Virus record (IMG/VR): IMGVR_UViG_3300011115_000708
Coordinates: 1-64,000 of that record
DNA: 64,000 nt
Reading direction: 5' to 3' (one strand)
Source: a virus
Notes under the pieces: model-generated
What the model was told of the DNA's origin: nothing
The model's input: the letters and a program-made list of their open reading frames with translations, nothing else
The model's database searches: none
Program-made: the position numbers and the translations under genes
Shown here: in pieces, positions 1 to 8,656 of the stretch
How the letters are laid out: every line of letters begins with the position of its first letter
Numbering within the stretch: position 1 is the stretch's first letter

Positions 1-1
1 T

Positions 2-340
2 CGGAGGTGGAGGGCAGACTTTGGGCATGAGGGGGCGAAGGTGTTGAGCGAGATCGAGGGCGGTGCGTGGGGTGGCAGACACACCAGGGGTGGGGGATTC
101 ACGGCAGACCTGGAGAAGTACCTGGCCGCATTCCTGAATGGGTGGACGGTGGTGAGGATCGGTGCTGGGCAGATCAACTCGGTGGTGGTGCAGGCGGTGA
201 TCGAGCAGGTGAGGACGAGGATGGGCGTGAGGGTGGGAGTGGGAGCGGCGGTGGGAGATAGCGCGGAGAGCGTGAGCCGTGGCGGTGATAGCGCCGAGAG
301 CGTAGCGGATAGCGCCGAGAGCGTGGAGTGGCTGCGGTGA
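2..340 (+). CDS. Vsr/DUF559-like endonuclease (5' truncated by window edge)
   Basis: Frame open from base 2: RRWRADF..EIEGGAWGGRHTRGGGF..DLEKY..A..NGWTVVRI, typical of this phage endonuclease family. Confidence 0.7.
   Translation, partial: RRWRADFGHEGAKVLSEIEGGAWGGRHTRGGGFTADLEKYLAAFLNGWTVVRIGAGQINSVVVQAVIEQVRTRMGVRVGVGAAVGDSAESVSRGGDSAESVADSAESVEWLR
257..324 (+). repeat. Three copies of 17-mer GATAGCGC(C/G)GAGAGCGT
   Basis: Copies at 257-273, 287-303 and 308-324; encode DSAESV repeats. Confidence 0.85.
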
Positions 341-581
341 ATTTTTTTGATTTTTTTTTCGTTTTTTTTCGACCGTCGATTTTTTCTGGTTTTTCCTCCA
401 GCCTGTCTGCGCTCGGCGGCCTCGGCGGCCTCGGCGGGTGGATCGGGCGGGTTGTCGGGCGGTGATCTGGATGGATGGGGCCGCGCTGGCGCTGGGCGGT
501 GTCTGTGGGCTCGTCTGGCGGCCTGTCTGGGACTGGACAGCGGAAATGGGGTGCGGCCTGCCTGAGGGCCGTTTGCGGCGC

Positions 582-613
582 AAAAAAAGGGAGGCCGTTT
601 CGGGCCTCCCTTT
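582..613 (-). terminator. Intrinsic terminator of the leftward early operon
   Basis: AAAGGGAGGCC-GTTTCG-GGCCTCCCTTT hairpin with an A7 tract on the left (U-tract on the minus strand). Confidence 0.75.
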
Positions 614-636
614 GATGGGATGGGGGGATCGGGCCG

Positions 637-813
637 TCAGTATCGGCCTCGGGCCGTGGCGGTGAGCCAAGCGGTGGCAAGGGCCGCGATAGCGGCGGTT
701 AGCCATGCCATGGTCTGCACCACTCGGCCACTCGGCTCTGGGATGAGCTGTCTGCGACGGATGGTCGGGTCTATGATCCGAATCGGGGCGCGGTATGGGT
801 CGGGGGTGATCAT
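637..813 (-). CDS. Small protein with C-terminal hydrophobic segment
   Basis: ATG at 813 overlaps the upstream stop; MAWLTAAIAALATAWLTA. Confidence 0.45.
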   Translation of the reverse strand: MITPDPYRAPIRIIDPTIRRRQLIPEPSGRVVQTMAWLTAAIAALATAWLTATARGRY

Positions 814-1142
814 AGTCCTGCAGGGTTGGCGGCTAGTAGGTTGCGGATCTCGGCGAGGGCCTCGGTGGTGTCGGGGTCTGGGCTGGCCATGTCGTCGATC
901 CAGTCGGCGGCCCATTGCAGGGCCGTGACTAGGTCGCCTAGGCGGTGGAGCTGGGCTGATAGGTCTTCGATCTCCTGCAGGATCTCGTGAACGGCCACAA
1001 GGTCGTTGCCTGCGAGCTGGTAGAGTCCAGCGCCTGCGAGAATGTTAATCTCCTCGGCGATGGGGGTGCGGGGCCTGTCTGCTGGGTTGTCTGTGTCGAC
1101 GCTTGTCCAGCCTGCTGGGGTGTCTGTCGGTGGTGTTGTCAT
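810..1142 (-). CDS. Hypothetical early protein (helical)
   Basis: 110-aa ORF in a co-oriented operon with an AC-rich leader. Confidence 0.6.
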   Translation of the reverse strand: MTTPPTDTPAGWTSVDTDNPADRPRTPIAEEINILAGAGLYQLAGNDLVAVHEILQEIEDLSAQLHRLGDLVTALQWAADWIDDMASPDPDTTEALAEIRNLLAANPAGL

Positions 1143-1162
1143 GGTGTTGTGGGGTGGGGTGG

Positions 1163-1540
1163 TTAGTATTCGGACGGCAGGAGGATCGTGGTGCCGTATC
1201 GTTCGCCGTGGCTGTTGGCGGCCTCAGTTATGATCCAGATCTTGAGGTTGTCGAACGAGGGCAGGTGGTAGGCTGAGATGATCCGTGCGCCCGTAATGAG
1301 GGCGCTCTCGTTGGCCTGCTTGTCCTCGTCGTCGAGGTCTCCCCAATCGCCGCTGATGTGGCAAAGGAGACAATGCCCGATCTCAAGCAAGGCTAGTTCG
1401 GTATGCTCAGCGATGAGGTGGCCCACCTCTTCGCTGTTGCGAATCGGGCCCGTGTCGAACTTGGATAACCCCAAGGTTGGTAGTGGCTTGGCTTGGTCTG
1501 CGGCGGCATGTTGCTCGTGGTCTGTTGCGTGGTGTATCAT
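1163..1540 (-). CDS. Conserved plasmid/ICE/phage protein of unknown function
   Basis: H..GDWGDLDDEDKQANE.AL..GARIISAY...IWIITEA....TTILLPSEY signature. Confidence 0.75.
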   Translation of the reverse strand: MIHHATDHEQHAAADQAKPLPTLGLSKFDTGPIRNSEEVGHLIAEHTELALLEIGHCLLCHISGDWGDLDDEDKQANESALITGARIISAYHLPSFDNLKIWIITEAANSHGERYGTTILLPSEY

Positions 1541-1625
1541 GTTGTTGTGTTGTTGTTTTGGTGGGATCTGTCTGCGATCCGCGAGCGCTGGGGGGTAGCG
1601 CTTTCGGCCCTCGCAAGGGGCCTCA

Positions 1626-2477
1626 TCAGGCGGTGGCGGCGGTTATGGTGAGGCCGTGCTCGGCGGCCCACCGGGTTATCGCCTGCCATGAACTGGCCGG
1701 GGTAGAGTCGTCTAGGTTGTTGGCAATCGGGAGAATCAGAGCCCCCGGCGGGAAAAGCTGGGCATCTTCGTTTGCGTCCCTTGAGAATCCGTAGCCGGAA
1801 TGAGTGAATTTTGCCCATCCATCAGATTCGTTCGCCTCCACTTGGCGGAAATATAAGCGGCGGTAAGTGGAAGGGCTGAGGGCTCCGGCTAACCTTGAAA
1901 GTTCCAGTGTATCTTCGGCCGCCTTGATTTGGATGATCACGGTTTGCTTGTGCTTGCTTGATCTGCTCGTCTCGGTCGAGAAGTGGCGGAAAAGTTCGCA
2001 GCGAATCACGTCATTTTCAAGCGCGTCAATAAGCCCACAAATTGCGGTTGCTTGGTTCGCGATGCTGCTTGCATTGGTTACGCAGCCAGAACTGCCGGGC
2101 ATGATGAGCGGCAAGACGGTTTTGCCTTTCCGCTCTCCGGGCGCTTTGCGAACCATGCTGCAAGGGTCGCCTGCTGCAGCTCGGGCTGCGTCCGGGAACA
2201 TCCCGGCAATATCGAAGCGCCGGGCGCGGCCTCGGGCTGTGGGTTTCGGCATGGCGGCCTTGGCTGTCTGGAGGGCTTTTAGCCCGGCTGGCCACCCAAG
2301 GCGCGCAAAGTCGAGTGCTTGCTGGAATGTTTCCGCCCCGGTAAAGTTGGTGCGCTCGTGGTTGTTTGTCTGCGTTCTTTGCTCGTAGCGAGCTTTGCGC
2401 CATGCTGGGCTTGCTTGGATCTTGGCGCAATCGTCTGCAAATGCTCCAAGGCTGTTGAATCGTTTGATGGTGTGCAT
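1626..2477 (-). CDS. VWA-like partner of AAA ATPase
   Basis: Directly downstream of a MoxR-type ATPase; degenerate MIDAS-like segment (SSGCV..S) and ...IKAAED.L.L..L..ALSP..YRRL.F; likely start ATG 2477. Confidence 0.55.
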   Translation of the reverse strand: MHTIKRFNSLGAFADDCAKIQASPAWRKARYEQRTQTNNHERTNFTGAETFQQALDFARLGWPAGLKALQTAKAAMPKPTARGRARRFDIAGMFPDAARAAAGDPCSMVRKAPGERKGKTVLPLIMPGSSGCVTNASSIANQATAICGLIDALENDVIRCELFRHFSTETSRSSKHKQTVIIQIKAAEDTLELSRLAGALSPSTYRRLYFRQVEANESDGWAKFTHSGYGFSRDANEDAQLFPPGALILPIANNLDDSTPASSWQAITRWAAEHGLTITAATA

Positions 2478-2481
2478 GGGG

Positions 2482-3765
2482 TTAGTTTGCGAGGGTGTAA
2501 GCAAGGGTTTCACGAGCTACGGCGGTTTCATTGTCAAGCCGGGTGCGGCTGTCTGCGTCCATACCTTCGAGGGATAGGTTGACGGCATCGCCTGCGGTCA
2601 TTCCTGCCCGGAGGGCTTTGCAAGTGCGGTACGTCATGCGAGGGCTGATCACGTGGCGAATTGAGTGGAGCCGGGCAGCGGCTCGAAGTGCTTGGACGTA
2701 TTGCGCTACGGCTTGGCCGTGCTGGTGGAGCGCTCCGGCAATTGTGTTTTCAAGCTGCGGGTCGTAGTCCATCGCGATTCGAGCAAATCTGTCCATTGTG
2801 GCGGCATCCAGTTGGTTCCGCCCGACATACTCGCGGGAGGCTCCTGCGCCCCATGTGTTGGCTGAGGCGATGCACCGGAAATCTGGGTGACGCTTCACGC
2901 TGCCATCCGGGAAATCAAATTTTCCGTTCGACAAGGCGGCGTTGAATGCCAGCAGGGCGGCAGGGTCGCTAGCGTCGATTTCGTCGAATAGGAACAAGCC
3001 GCCGTGCTCGAACGCTTCGCGGAATGCGGTTCTGATGGTGCGGCCTTGGGCATCCACGAACCCGGTCAGCTTGTACTCGCTGGCCACGGCTCCGGTAAAA
3101 TAAAATGGGGTTTCGAGCGCTTCGGCGCATTGCTCGGCAATAGTGGTTTTTCCGGCCCCGGCTGGGCCTGCAAGAAAGACAGAATCAAAGGCGACAACCT
3201 GCAAAATTCTTGGAAAGGCGCAATGTCTCAGCCCGGCGGGAAGCTCCCGGCGTGTCTGCGGTGCTCCTTCCACGAAAACCGTGGTTTGAGGCGACTGCTG
3301 TGAGTGTTCCGCGATGAGTTCCAAAATTCTTTTTTCGTCGAGCATCCCGGCGGCTTCCTCGCGGATGATCCTTAAAATTTCTTCTCGGTCGAGCGCTGGG
3401 GCCGCTGGTGTGAGGGTGGCTAGGAGTGCCTCAAGGGCGGCTGATGTGGCTGGGCTTGGTGTTGTCATAGTTGCGGGTGTTGTGGTTGGTGTGGTCTGTG
3501 GGAGTTCTTGGCGGGGTGGTGTGGTTGGTGTTGGCAGGGTTTGGGTGCCGTCTGTGCCTGTCAGCGGTGGCAGGCCTCCAACGGCGCGCATGGCGTTGAG
3601 GCGGGTGTTGCTGAGGTCATTATAGACCTCGGCAAGCTCGGCGGTCGGGAGGTTTGCAATCTGGGCATATCTGAGGCCCTTGGCGGTGAGCCACTTTCGG
3701 ATTGCTCCTCTGTTGGTCGAGTTCACTACGGTATGGCCGTCTCTGGTTGGTGTTGTGTCTGTCAT
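2482..3765 (-). CDS. AAA+ ATPase, MoxR/CbbQ/CobS-like (AAA_5)
   Basis: Walker A GPAGAGKT, Walker B FLFDEID, SANTWG, RNQLDAATMDRF. Confidence 0.9.
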   Translation of the reverse strand: MTDTTPTRDGHTVVNSTNRGAIRKWLTAKGLRYAQIANLPTAELAEVYNDLSNTRLNAMRAVGGLPPLTGTDGTQTLPTPTTPPRQELPQTTPTTTPATMTTPSPATSAALEALLATLTPAAPALDREEILRIIREEAAGMLDEKRILELIAEHSQQSPQTTVFVEGAPQTRRELPAGLRHCAFPRILQVVAFDSVFLAGPAGAGKTTIAEQCAEALETPFYFTGAVASEYKLTGFVDAQGRTIRTAFREAFEHGGLFLFDEIDASDPAALLAFNAALSNGKFDFPDGSVKRHPDFRCIASANTWGAGASREYVGRNQLDAATMDRFARIAMDYDPQLENTIAGALHQHGQAVAQYVQALRAAARLHSIRHVISPRMTYRTCKALRAGMTAGDAVNLSLEGMDADSRTRLDNETAVARETLAYTLAN

Positions 3766-3893
3766 GGTCTTGTTGTGGTTGGGGTTGGTTCGTTGTGGCC
3801 GTCATCGGCAAATCCGCCGACAAGGGCAAGGAGGCCCAAGAGGGCCGCGATGATCGCGGCTAGGGCCAAGTCGTGTTTTGTGTTGGTGTCCAT
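3762..3893 (-). CDS. 43-aa membrane protein (not in ORF track)
   Basis: MDTNTKHDLALAAIIAALLGLLALVGGFADD...; its TGA overlaps the ATPase ATG (ATGA). Confidence 0.55.
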   Translation of the reverse strand: MDTNTKHDLALAAIIAALLGLLALVGGFADDGHNEPTPTTTRP

Positions 3894-3927
3894 GGTCTGG
3901 GGCGTTGGCGCTCGGCCAACTCCGCGT

Positions 3928-3956
3928 GTGATACGGTTTCGAGGCCTGTCTGTCGA
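3928..3956 (-). promoter_or_regulatory. Sigma70-like promoter of the leftward operon
   Basis: TCGACA-N17-TATCAC on the minus strand, A-tracts upstream, CAGACAG overlapping the -35. Confidence 0.5.
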
Positions 3957-4044
3957 GGTTTTTATCTGGTTATTTTTTCTGGTGATTTTGTCGGGCTGTT
4001 TCGTGCTGGTTTTTAAGGGGTTTGAGCGTTAGTTGTCCTGGGTC

Positions 4045-4575
4045 ATGCACGAAAAAAACAAGGCGGGAGGTGGGTCTGCGGCGGCGGCTGGGGCCGTAGT
4101 CAATGGGCCTAGGGGGCGGTTTACGGGCGGGGCTGATCTCACTGACCAGCAAATTGCGTTCATTGAGCTGGTGGCCAATGGGAGGCCTCATCCTGCGGCG
4201 GCGGTGGCCGCTGGATATTCGGATTCGCGCGCTGGTTGGCGCTTACTACGCAATCCAGCCGTGGTCGCCGCCCTCAAGGAGCGGCAAGCGGCCCTCCTGT
4301 CTGGAGACCTGTCGGGCGTGGCCCTGTCTACGCTGCGCGCTGTCATGACTGACGAGACGGCCCCGGCGGCGGCGCGGGTGTCTGCGGCCAAGTGGACACT
4401 GGAGGCGGCTGGGCATGGCCTCGCGGCGGCGCTCGGGTCTGCGCGTCTGGGCCTCGACATTGCAGACAAGCCACTTTCGGCGCTCTCCCTGTCCGAGCTG
4501 GAGGCCATGGCGGAGCAAGCGGCGGCCTCGGTCGAGTCCATCAAGCGTGCGTCTGGCTCGGTGCTGGACGTTTGA
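4045..4575 (+). CDS. terS: Terminase small subunit (module A)
   Basis: LTDQQIAFIE....HPAAAVAAGYS...GWRLLRNPAV HTH typical of TerS. Confidence 0.65.
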   Translation: MHEKNKAGGGSAAAAGAVVNGPRGRFTGGADLTDQQIAFIELVANGRPHPAAAVAAGYSDSRAGWRLLRNPAVVAALKERQAALLSGDLSGVALSTLRAVMTDETAPAAARVSAAKWTLEAAGHGLAAALGSARLGLDIADKPLSALSLSELEAMAEQAAASVESIKRASGSVLDV

Positions 4576-4599
4576 CTACTAATCAAAGGCACATGCCCC

Positions 4600-5250
4600 G
4601 CAATTGCGCGCTAAGGGGTCTGTGGCGCGTCTGTCTGCGTTTTGGGGTATGTGTACCAATTCCAATTTCAAAGAGATTTTAGACTAACAGATCTCTAACA
4701 GATCTCTAACATGTTGAAAGTTGGCACGGAACGTGCGCGAAATGGATGTTTTCCTGTCTGCCTGCGCTCCCCGCGCGCCTGCGGCGCGGTTCCGCCTGCG
4801 GCGGGTTGGATGGTCTGCGCGGTCTGCGCGGTCTGAAAAGTCGGATGGCGGCGGAGCTCGGGGAGGCCGTCCGCCTGTCTGGGCCTGTCTGGCCTGCCTG
4901 TCTGAGCCTGCCTGTCTGAGCAGGCGGAGCCTGCGCCAAGCGGGGCGAAGCCCCGCGAGGGCGCGAAGGCGGCGGAGGCGGAGCGCGCGAAGCCGAGGCG
5001 GAGCCGAGGCGGCGCGAAATGTCGCTCGCTCGCTCCGCTCGCTCGTGGTCAGGCTCGCAGGCTCGCTTCCTGTTTTGACTTGCTCGCCTTGCTCGCTGTG
5101 AATAGCCTCACTGCGTTCGGGTGCTGTTCTGTTCTGCTCACTGCGTTCGCTTGGTTCGCTGCGCTCACTAGCCAGCGAGTGACCCCTGGCGGGGCCCCTC
5201 GGAGGATTTTCAGACTGGTTTCTTGGCCCCACCTAGAAAGTTTGGCTAGT
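4600..5250. repeat. Non-coding repeat/hairpin block; candidate genome terminus/pac or origin
   Basis: CTAACAGATCT tandem (4684-4711), GGTCTGCGC and CCTGTCTG arrays, GCTC repeats, CTCACTGCGTTCG twice (5107, 5137); sharp GC drop after it. Confidence 0.6.
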
Positions 5251-5278
5251 TTGAAAGTTCCCTACTGCATTTTTTTCC

Positions 5279-5306
5279 TTGCATTACAGACAGCAGACAA
5301 TAATCT
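5279..5306 (+). promoter_or_regulatory. Putative promoter of structural genes
   Basis: TTGCAT-N16-TAATCT, spacer begins TACAGACAG. Confidence 0.5.
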
Positions 5307-5312
5307 GCGCCC

Positions 5313-6302
5313 ATGCCAAAGCAAATTTTGAATGCCAATGGAGCAGCCGATGTGATCAATTGGTACGGCGGTGACGGAACCATGGCCGTATCTGGGCAGT
5401 TCAACAGCGGAAGCGTAAAGCTGCAAGTGTCAATCGACAATGGGGATTCCTGGTTTGATGCAAAAGATTCTGGAGGCAATTCATTGCTTTTAAGTGAAAA
5501 TGGTGCTATCAGTTTCTCAGTATCCCCATGTAAATTACGGGCAGTTATGGCGGGAGCTAGTGAAGCTGGAGGAACTCAACAAACCGAAACTCTCACTCTA
5601 GTAGGCCCATCTGCAGTGGCTGCTACTGTAGCGGTGTTGTTCCTGGCGAACCCAGCACTTGGCGACACCATCATGATTAGCAACGGAACGTCGAGAACCT
5701 ATACGTTCACATCAACAAGTGGAACCAACAACATCGTGAGGGGAGCAAACCTATCTGCCACACTCACGGCTATTGCCGCCAAGCTGGTTGCAGACGGATA
5801 CCCGACAGTGGCGAGCCTCGGAACTACCCTGACATTCACTGCGGCGACTGTTGGGACAGTAGGAAATGGTTACAATGTTCAGCTTGTAGGAGCATCACCA
5901 TTCTTCAGCGTAACTGGCAACTACAACTACTCTGGCGGGAAAGACGCTGGAGTCCTAACGGAATCTGGCAACATCACGCTTGAATTTGATTCTAGTTTCT
6001 TTGGATCATTTGTATTGTCTGTGCCAGTTCTAAAAGGAGACATCCGTGCAACCTGGGTTCAGAAGATTGCAAACGCTCTTCAGAACGAAAACCGAATTGG
6101 AAAAAATTACCAGGTCACAAACAACGGATCAATCATAACCATGACCTTCATCGGTTTAGACACATCGAATGACAGCACCTTGCGAGTAAGGGCCCTGAAT
6201 GGATCTCCAAGCCCAGGACTTCCAGCAACATACACGTCAGCAAATGGAACATTCGGTGTGACAACTCTTCCAATCGTAACGGTAGTAATCGAAGAGCGCT
6301 AA
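5313..6302 (+). CDS. Virion structural/decoration protein
   Basis: 329 aa, G/T/S/N-rich beta composition, first gene of the structural block. Confidence 0.6.
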   Translation: MPKQILNANGAADVINWYGGDGTMAVSGQFNSGSVKLQVSIDNGDSWFDAKDSGGNSLLLSENGAISFSVSPCKLRAVMAGASEAGGTQQTETLTLVGPSAVAATVAVLFLANPALGDTIMISNGTSRTYTFTSTSGTNNIVRGANLSATLTAIAAKLVADGYPTVASLGTTLTFTAATVGTVGNGYNVQLVGASPFFSVTGNYNYSGGKDAGVLTESGNITLEFDSSFFGSFVLSVPVLKGDIRATWVQKIANALQNENRIGKNYQVTNNGSIITMTFIGLDTSNDSTLRVRALNGSPSPGLPATYTSANGTFGVTTLPIVTVVIEER

Positions 6303-6320
6303 ACGAATCCAGCACCAAGC

Positions 6321-7139
6321 ATGTCAAACAAAGGAAAGTCTGATAACCTGACTGGACTAGGACTCAACGGTGTTGGGTCTGCGGGAATGGGATATTCTGG
6401 AATGGGATACGGGGGGATTGCTGGAATGCCGACTGGAGGTCTGACAGACAGAATTGTTGCACACTGGACTTTTAATGAGACATCTGGAGTTCGGTATGAT
6501 TCAGTTGGTGTGGCAAACCTCACGCCTCAATCAATCGACTCAACAACAGCAGCTTACATCCAAGGAATAATTGGTGGTGCTGTGAGCCTTAGTAACGAGA
6601 CTTACTTGGTTGGAGAATACCTTCTTCCACTTACGGGGAGAGCCGCATCATTCAGTGTTTGGATAAAGAGAAACATAGGCGAGGAAAATGGCTATGTTGA
6701 CTACTCATTATTCCTCCTCAATGAATACCCATCATTCTACATCACTGATATAGGGAAAGTTGACATTGGAATATCTCCAGGAGGAGGAACTGAAGAATGC
6801 AGGGTGAGAAGTCAGGTTAGCATCGACGACAACCAGTGGCATCATATCGTTGGGACAAGCGATGGCGACCTTCAGAAGATGTACATTGATGGAGTCCTTC
6901 ATAGGACTGGTGGAGATGAATACACTCTCATATCAGACACTCCAGGCGTAGACATGAGTCTGACATTCCCCGATCTTCCATATCGAGATGTTATTATCAA
7001 TGCAATTCTTCCAGTAGAAGACTTTGGAACAGCCCCATGTTCGGTTGACTCTTTCTCAGTCTGGAACAGGGAACTTTCAGCGGAAGAGGTAACTCAACTC
7101 TACAACGGTGGAGATGGGCTTGACTACGTCGATTACTGA
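6321..7139 (+). CDS. LamG/ConA-like domain virion protein
   Basis: IVAHWTFNETSG, SFSVWIK, DDNQWHHIVGT, MYIDGV, VWNRELSAEEVTQLYNGG. Confidence 0.85.
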   Translation: MSNKGKSDNLTGLGLNGVGSAGMGYSGMGYGGIAGMPTGGLTDRIVAHWTFNETSGVRYDSVGVANLTPQSIDSTTAAYIQGIIGGAVSLSNETYLVGEYLLPLTGRAASFSVWIKRNIGEENGYVDYSLFLLNEYPSFYITDIGKVDIGISPGGGTEECRVRSQVSIDDNQWHHIVGTSDGDLQKMYIDGVLHRTGGDEYTLISDTPGVDMSLTFPDLPYRDVIINAILPVEDFGTAPCSVDSFSVWNRELSAEEVTQLYNGGDGLDYVDY

Positions 7140-7164
7140 TAACCAACTTTAAGAAAAAAATCAA

Positions 7165-8622
7165 ATGAGTAGCGTACCACCAGACTATGTGAAGGCAGCG
7201 CCCTTCACCACCCTCGCCCAGCAGCCAATCACCACGGCAGGGCTTCCAGGCACACAGCTCGACAATGAGTTCGCCAACATCGCCATTACGGTGAACAAAA
7301 CAATTGATCGCCTGTCTGAACTACAGCAGGACGACGGCAAGCTCCGATCAAACGTAGTTACCATCAGATCGCTCTCGCCAGAAACAGCCGCAGCGATTGC
7401 AGCCGCAGGTTCCAACATCTACGGTGAGTGGGTGGCTGGCAAGTACTACAAACCAGGCGAAATCATCGTCTACGGATCAGACGGATACGCCTACATGGCC
7501 GCATCAGCTCACACGTCTGGGGTGGATTTCAACGCAGACTTCGCAAACAAGGTTTGGGCGATCTTGGGATGGAGGCCGACCACAAACAACCTGATCGTCA
7601 AGACATTCACTGGTGACGGAACAAGTCTCACTTTCAATCTACTGGTCAACCCAGTCAGCGAAACCAACACCCAGGTATTTGTCAATGGAGTGTACAAATC
7701 CAAGTCTGTCTATAATATCTCTGGAACCAATCTTGTCTTCACGGCAGGAAATGCTCCAGCCAATGCGGCAGCAATCGAAGTGGTGATCGGCGTAGCGGCA
7801 GAACTCATCAACAACATCGTCGACATTCCAGCAAACTCGGTCGGAAACAGTGCGATTATCGACCTAGCAGTTACGGGAGCCAAAATCGCAGACACTACCA
7901 TTACCACTGGAAAGCTCGCAGACCAGGCCGTGACTGCAGCCAAGATCGAAAACAACACCGTAACGTCAGGCAAGATTCAAGACCTTGCGGTAGTCGAGTC
8001 TAAATTGGCAAATGCAGCAGTGACAAACCAGAAGATTGCAACTGGAACCATCATCGAGTCCAACCTTGCAGATGCAGCAGTCGGATCAAACAAGATTGCT
8101 GCTGGAGCCATTGTGAACTCCAAGATGGCCTCCAACTCGGTTGGATCTACCAACTTGATTGATGGATCAGTGACAAGGTCTAAAATGGCAACAGAGGAAG
8201 TAATTCCAGTTGGGATGGTCATGCCTAGAGCTGCATATTCTGCACCAACTGGATGGTTATTGTGTGATGGATCAGCAGTTAGCAGGACGACATACTCAAC
8301 ATTGTTTTCCATTATTGGTGGGCTATATGGTGCTGGAGATGGAAGCACAACATTCAATGTTCCAAATCTTCAAGGAAAATTCCTGCGTGGATACCTATCT
8401 GGAACATCAGCAGCAATTGGGGCTACTCAAGCTGGAAATGTTGGTGACCACACCCATGATTTAAGCATACCATATGTCCAGTCTAGTCTTAGTGTTGGCA
8501 ACACGCTTGCTGGAGTGAGCCAAACAGCAAATCTTTCCAAAGTATTAACTACTGGAAATAGCAGCCAGACTGGAGAAACCCGTCCAATCAATATGGCAAT
8601 GCCATATTACATCAAATACTAA
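7165..8622 (+). CDS. Tail fibre with tail-collar domain
   Basis: 10-residue VT..KIA..A repeats; PTGWLLCDGSAVSRTTYSTLF...GDGSTTFNVPNLQGKFLRG; ETRPINMAMPYYIKY. Confidence 0.9.
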   Translation: MSSVPPDYVKAAPFTTLAQQPITTAGLPGTQLDNEFANIAITVNKTIDRLSELQQDDGKLRSNVVTIRSLSPETAAAIAAAGSNIYGEWVAGKYYKPGEIIVYGSDGYAYMAASAHTSGVDFNADFANKVWAILGWRPTTNNLIVKTFTGDGTSLTFNLLVNPVSETNTQVFVNGVYKSKSVYNISGTNLVFTAGNAPANAAAIEVVIGVAAELINNIVDIPANSVGNSAIIDLAVTGAKIADTTITTGKLADQAVTAAKIENNTVTSGKIQDLAVVESKLANAAVTNQKIATGTIIESNLADAAVGSNKIAAGAIVNSKMASNSVGSTNLIDGSVTRSKMATEEVIPVGMVMPRAAYSAPTGWLLCDGSAVSRTTYSTLFSIIGGLYGAGDGSTTFNVPNLQGKFLRGYLSGTSAAIGATQAGNVGDHTHDLSIPYVQSSLSVGNTLAGVSQTANLSKVLTTGNSSQTGETRPINMAMPYYIKY

Positions 8623-8656
8623 CTCTGCACCTCTTGTGAAACCAGACAAATAATCA

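Noticed and set aside
257-324. Three 17-bp repeats as a mini-CRISPR array
   Set aside because: Gaps are only 13 and 4 nt and the repeats lie in frame within a coding tail.
4684-5232. ORFs across the repeat block
   Set aside because: Low-complexity Arg/Ser/Ala translations of DNA repeats in GC-rich sequence.
7800-8200. Tail-fibre repeats as a diversity-generating retroelement target
   Set aside because: Repeats are at protein level; no reverse transcriptase or adenine-specific TR/VR pair seen.
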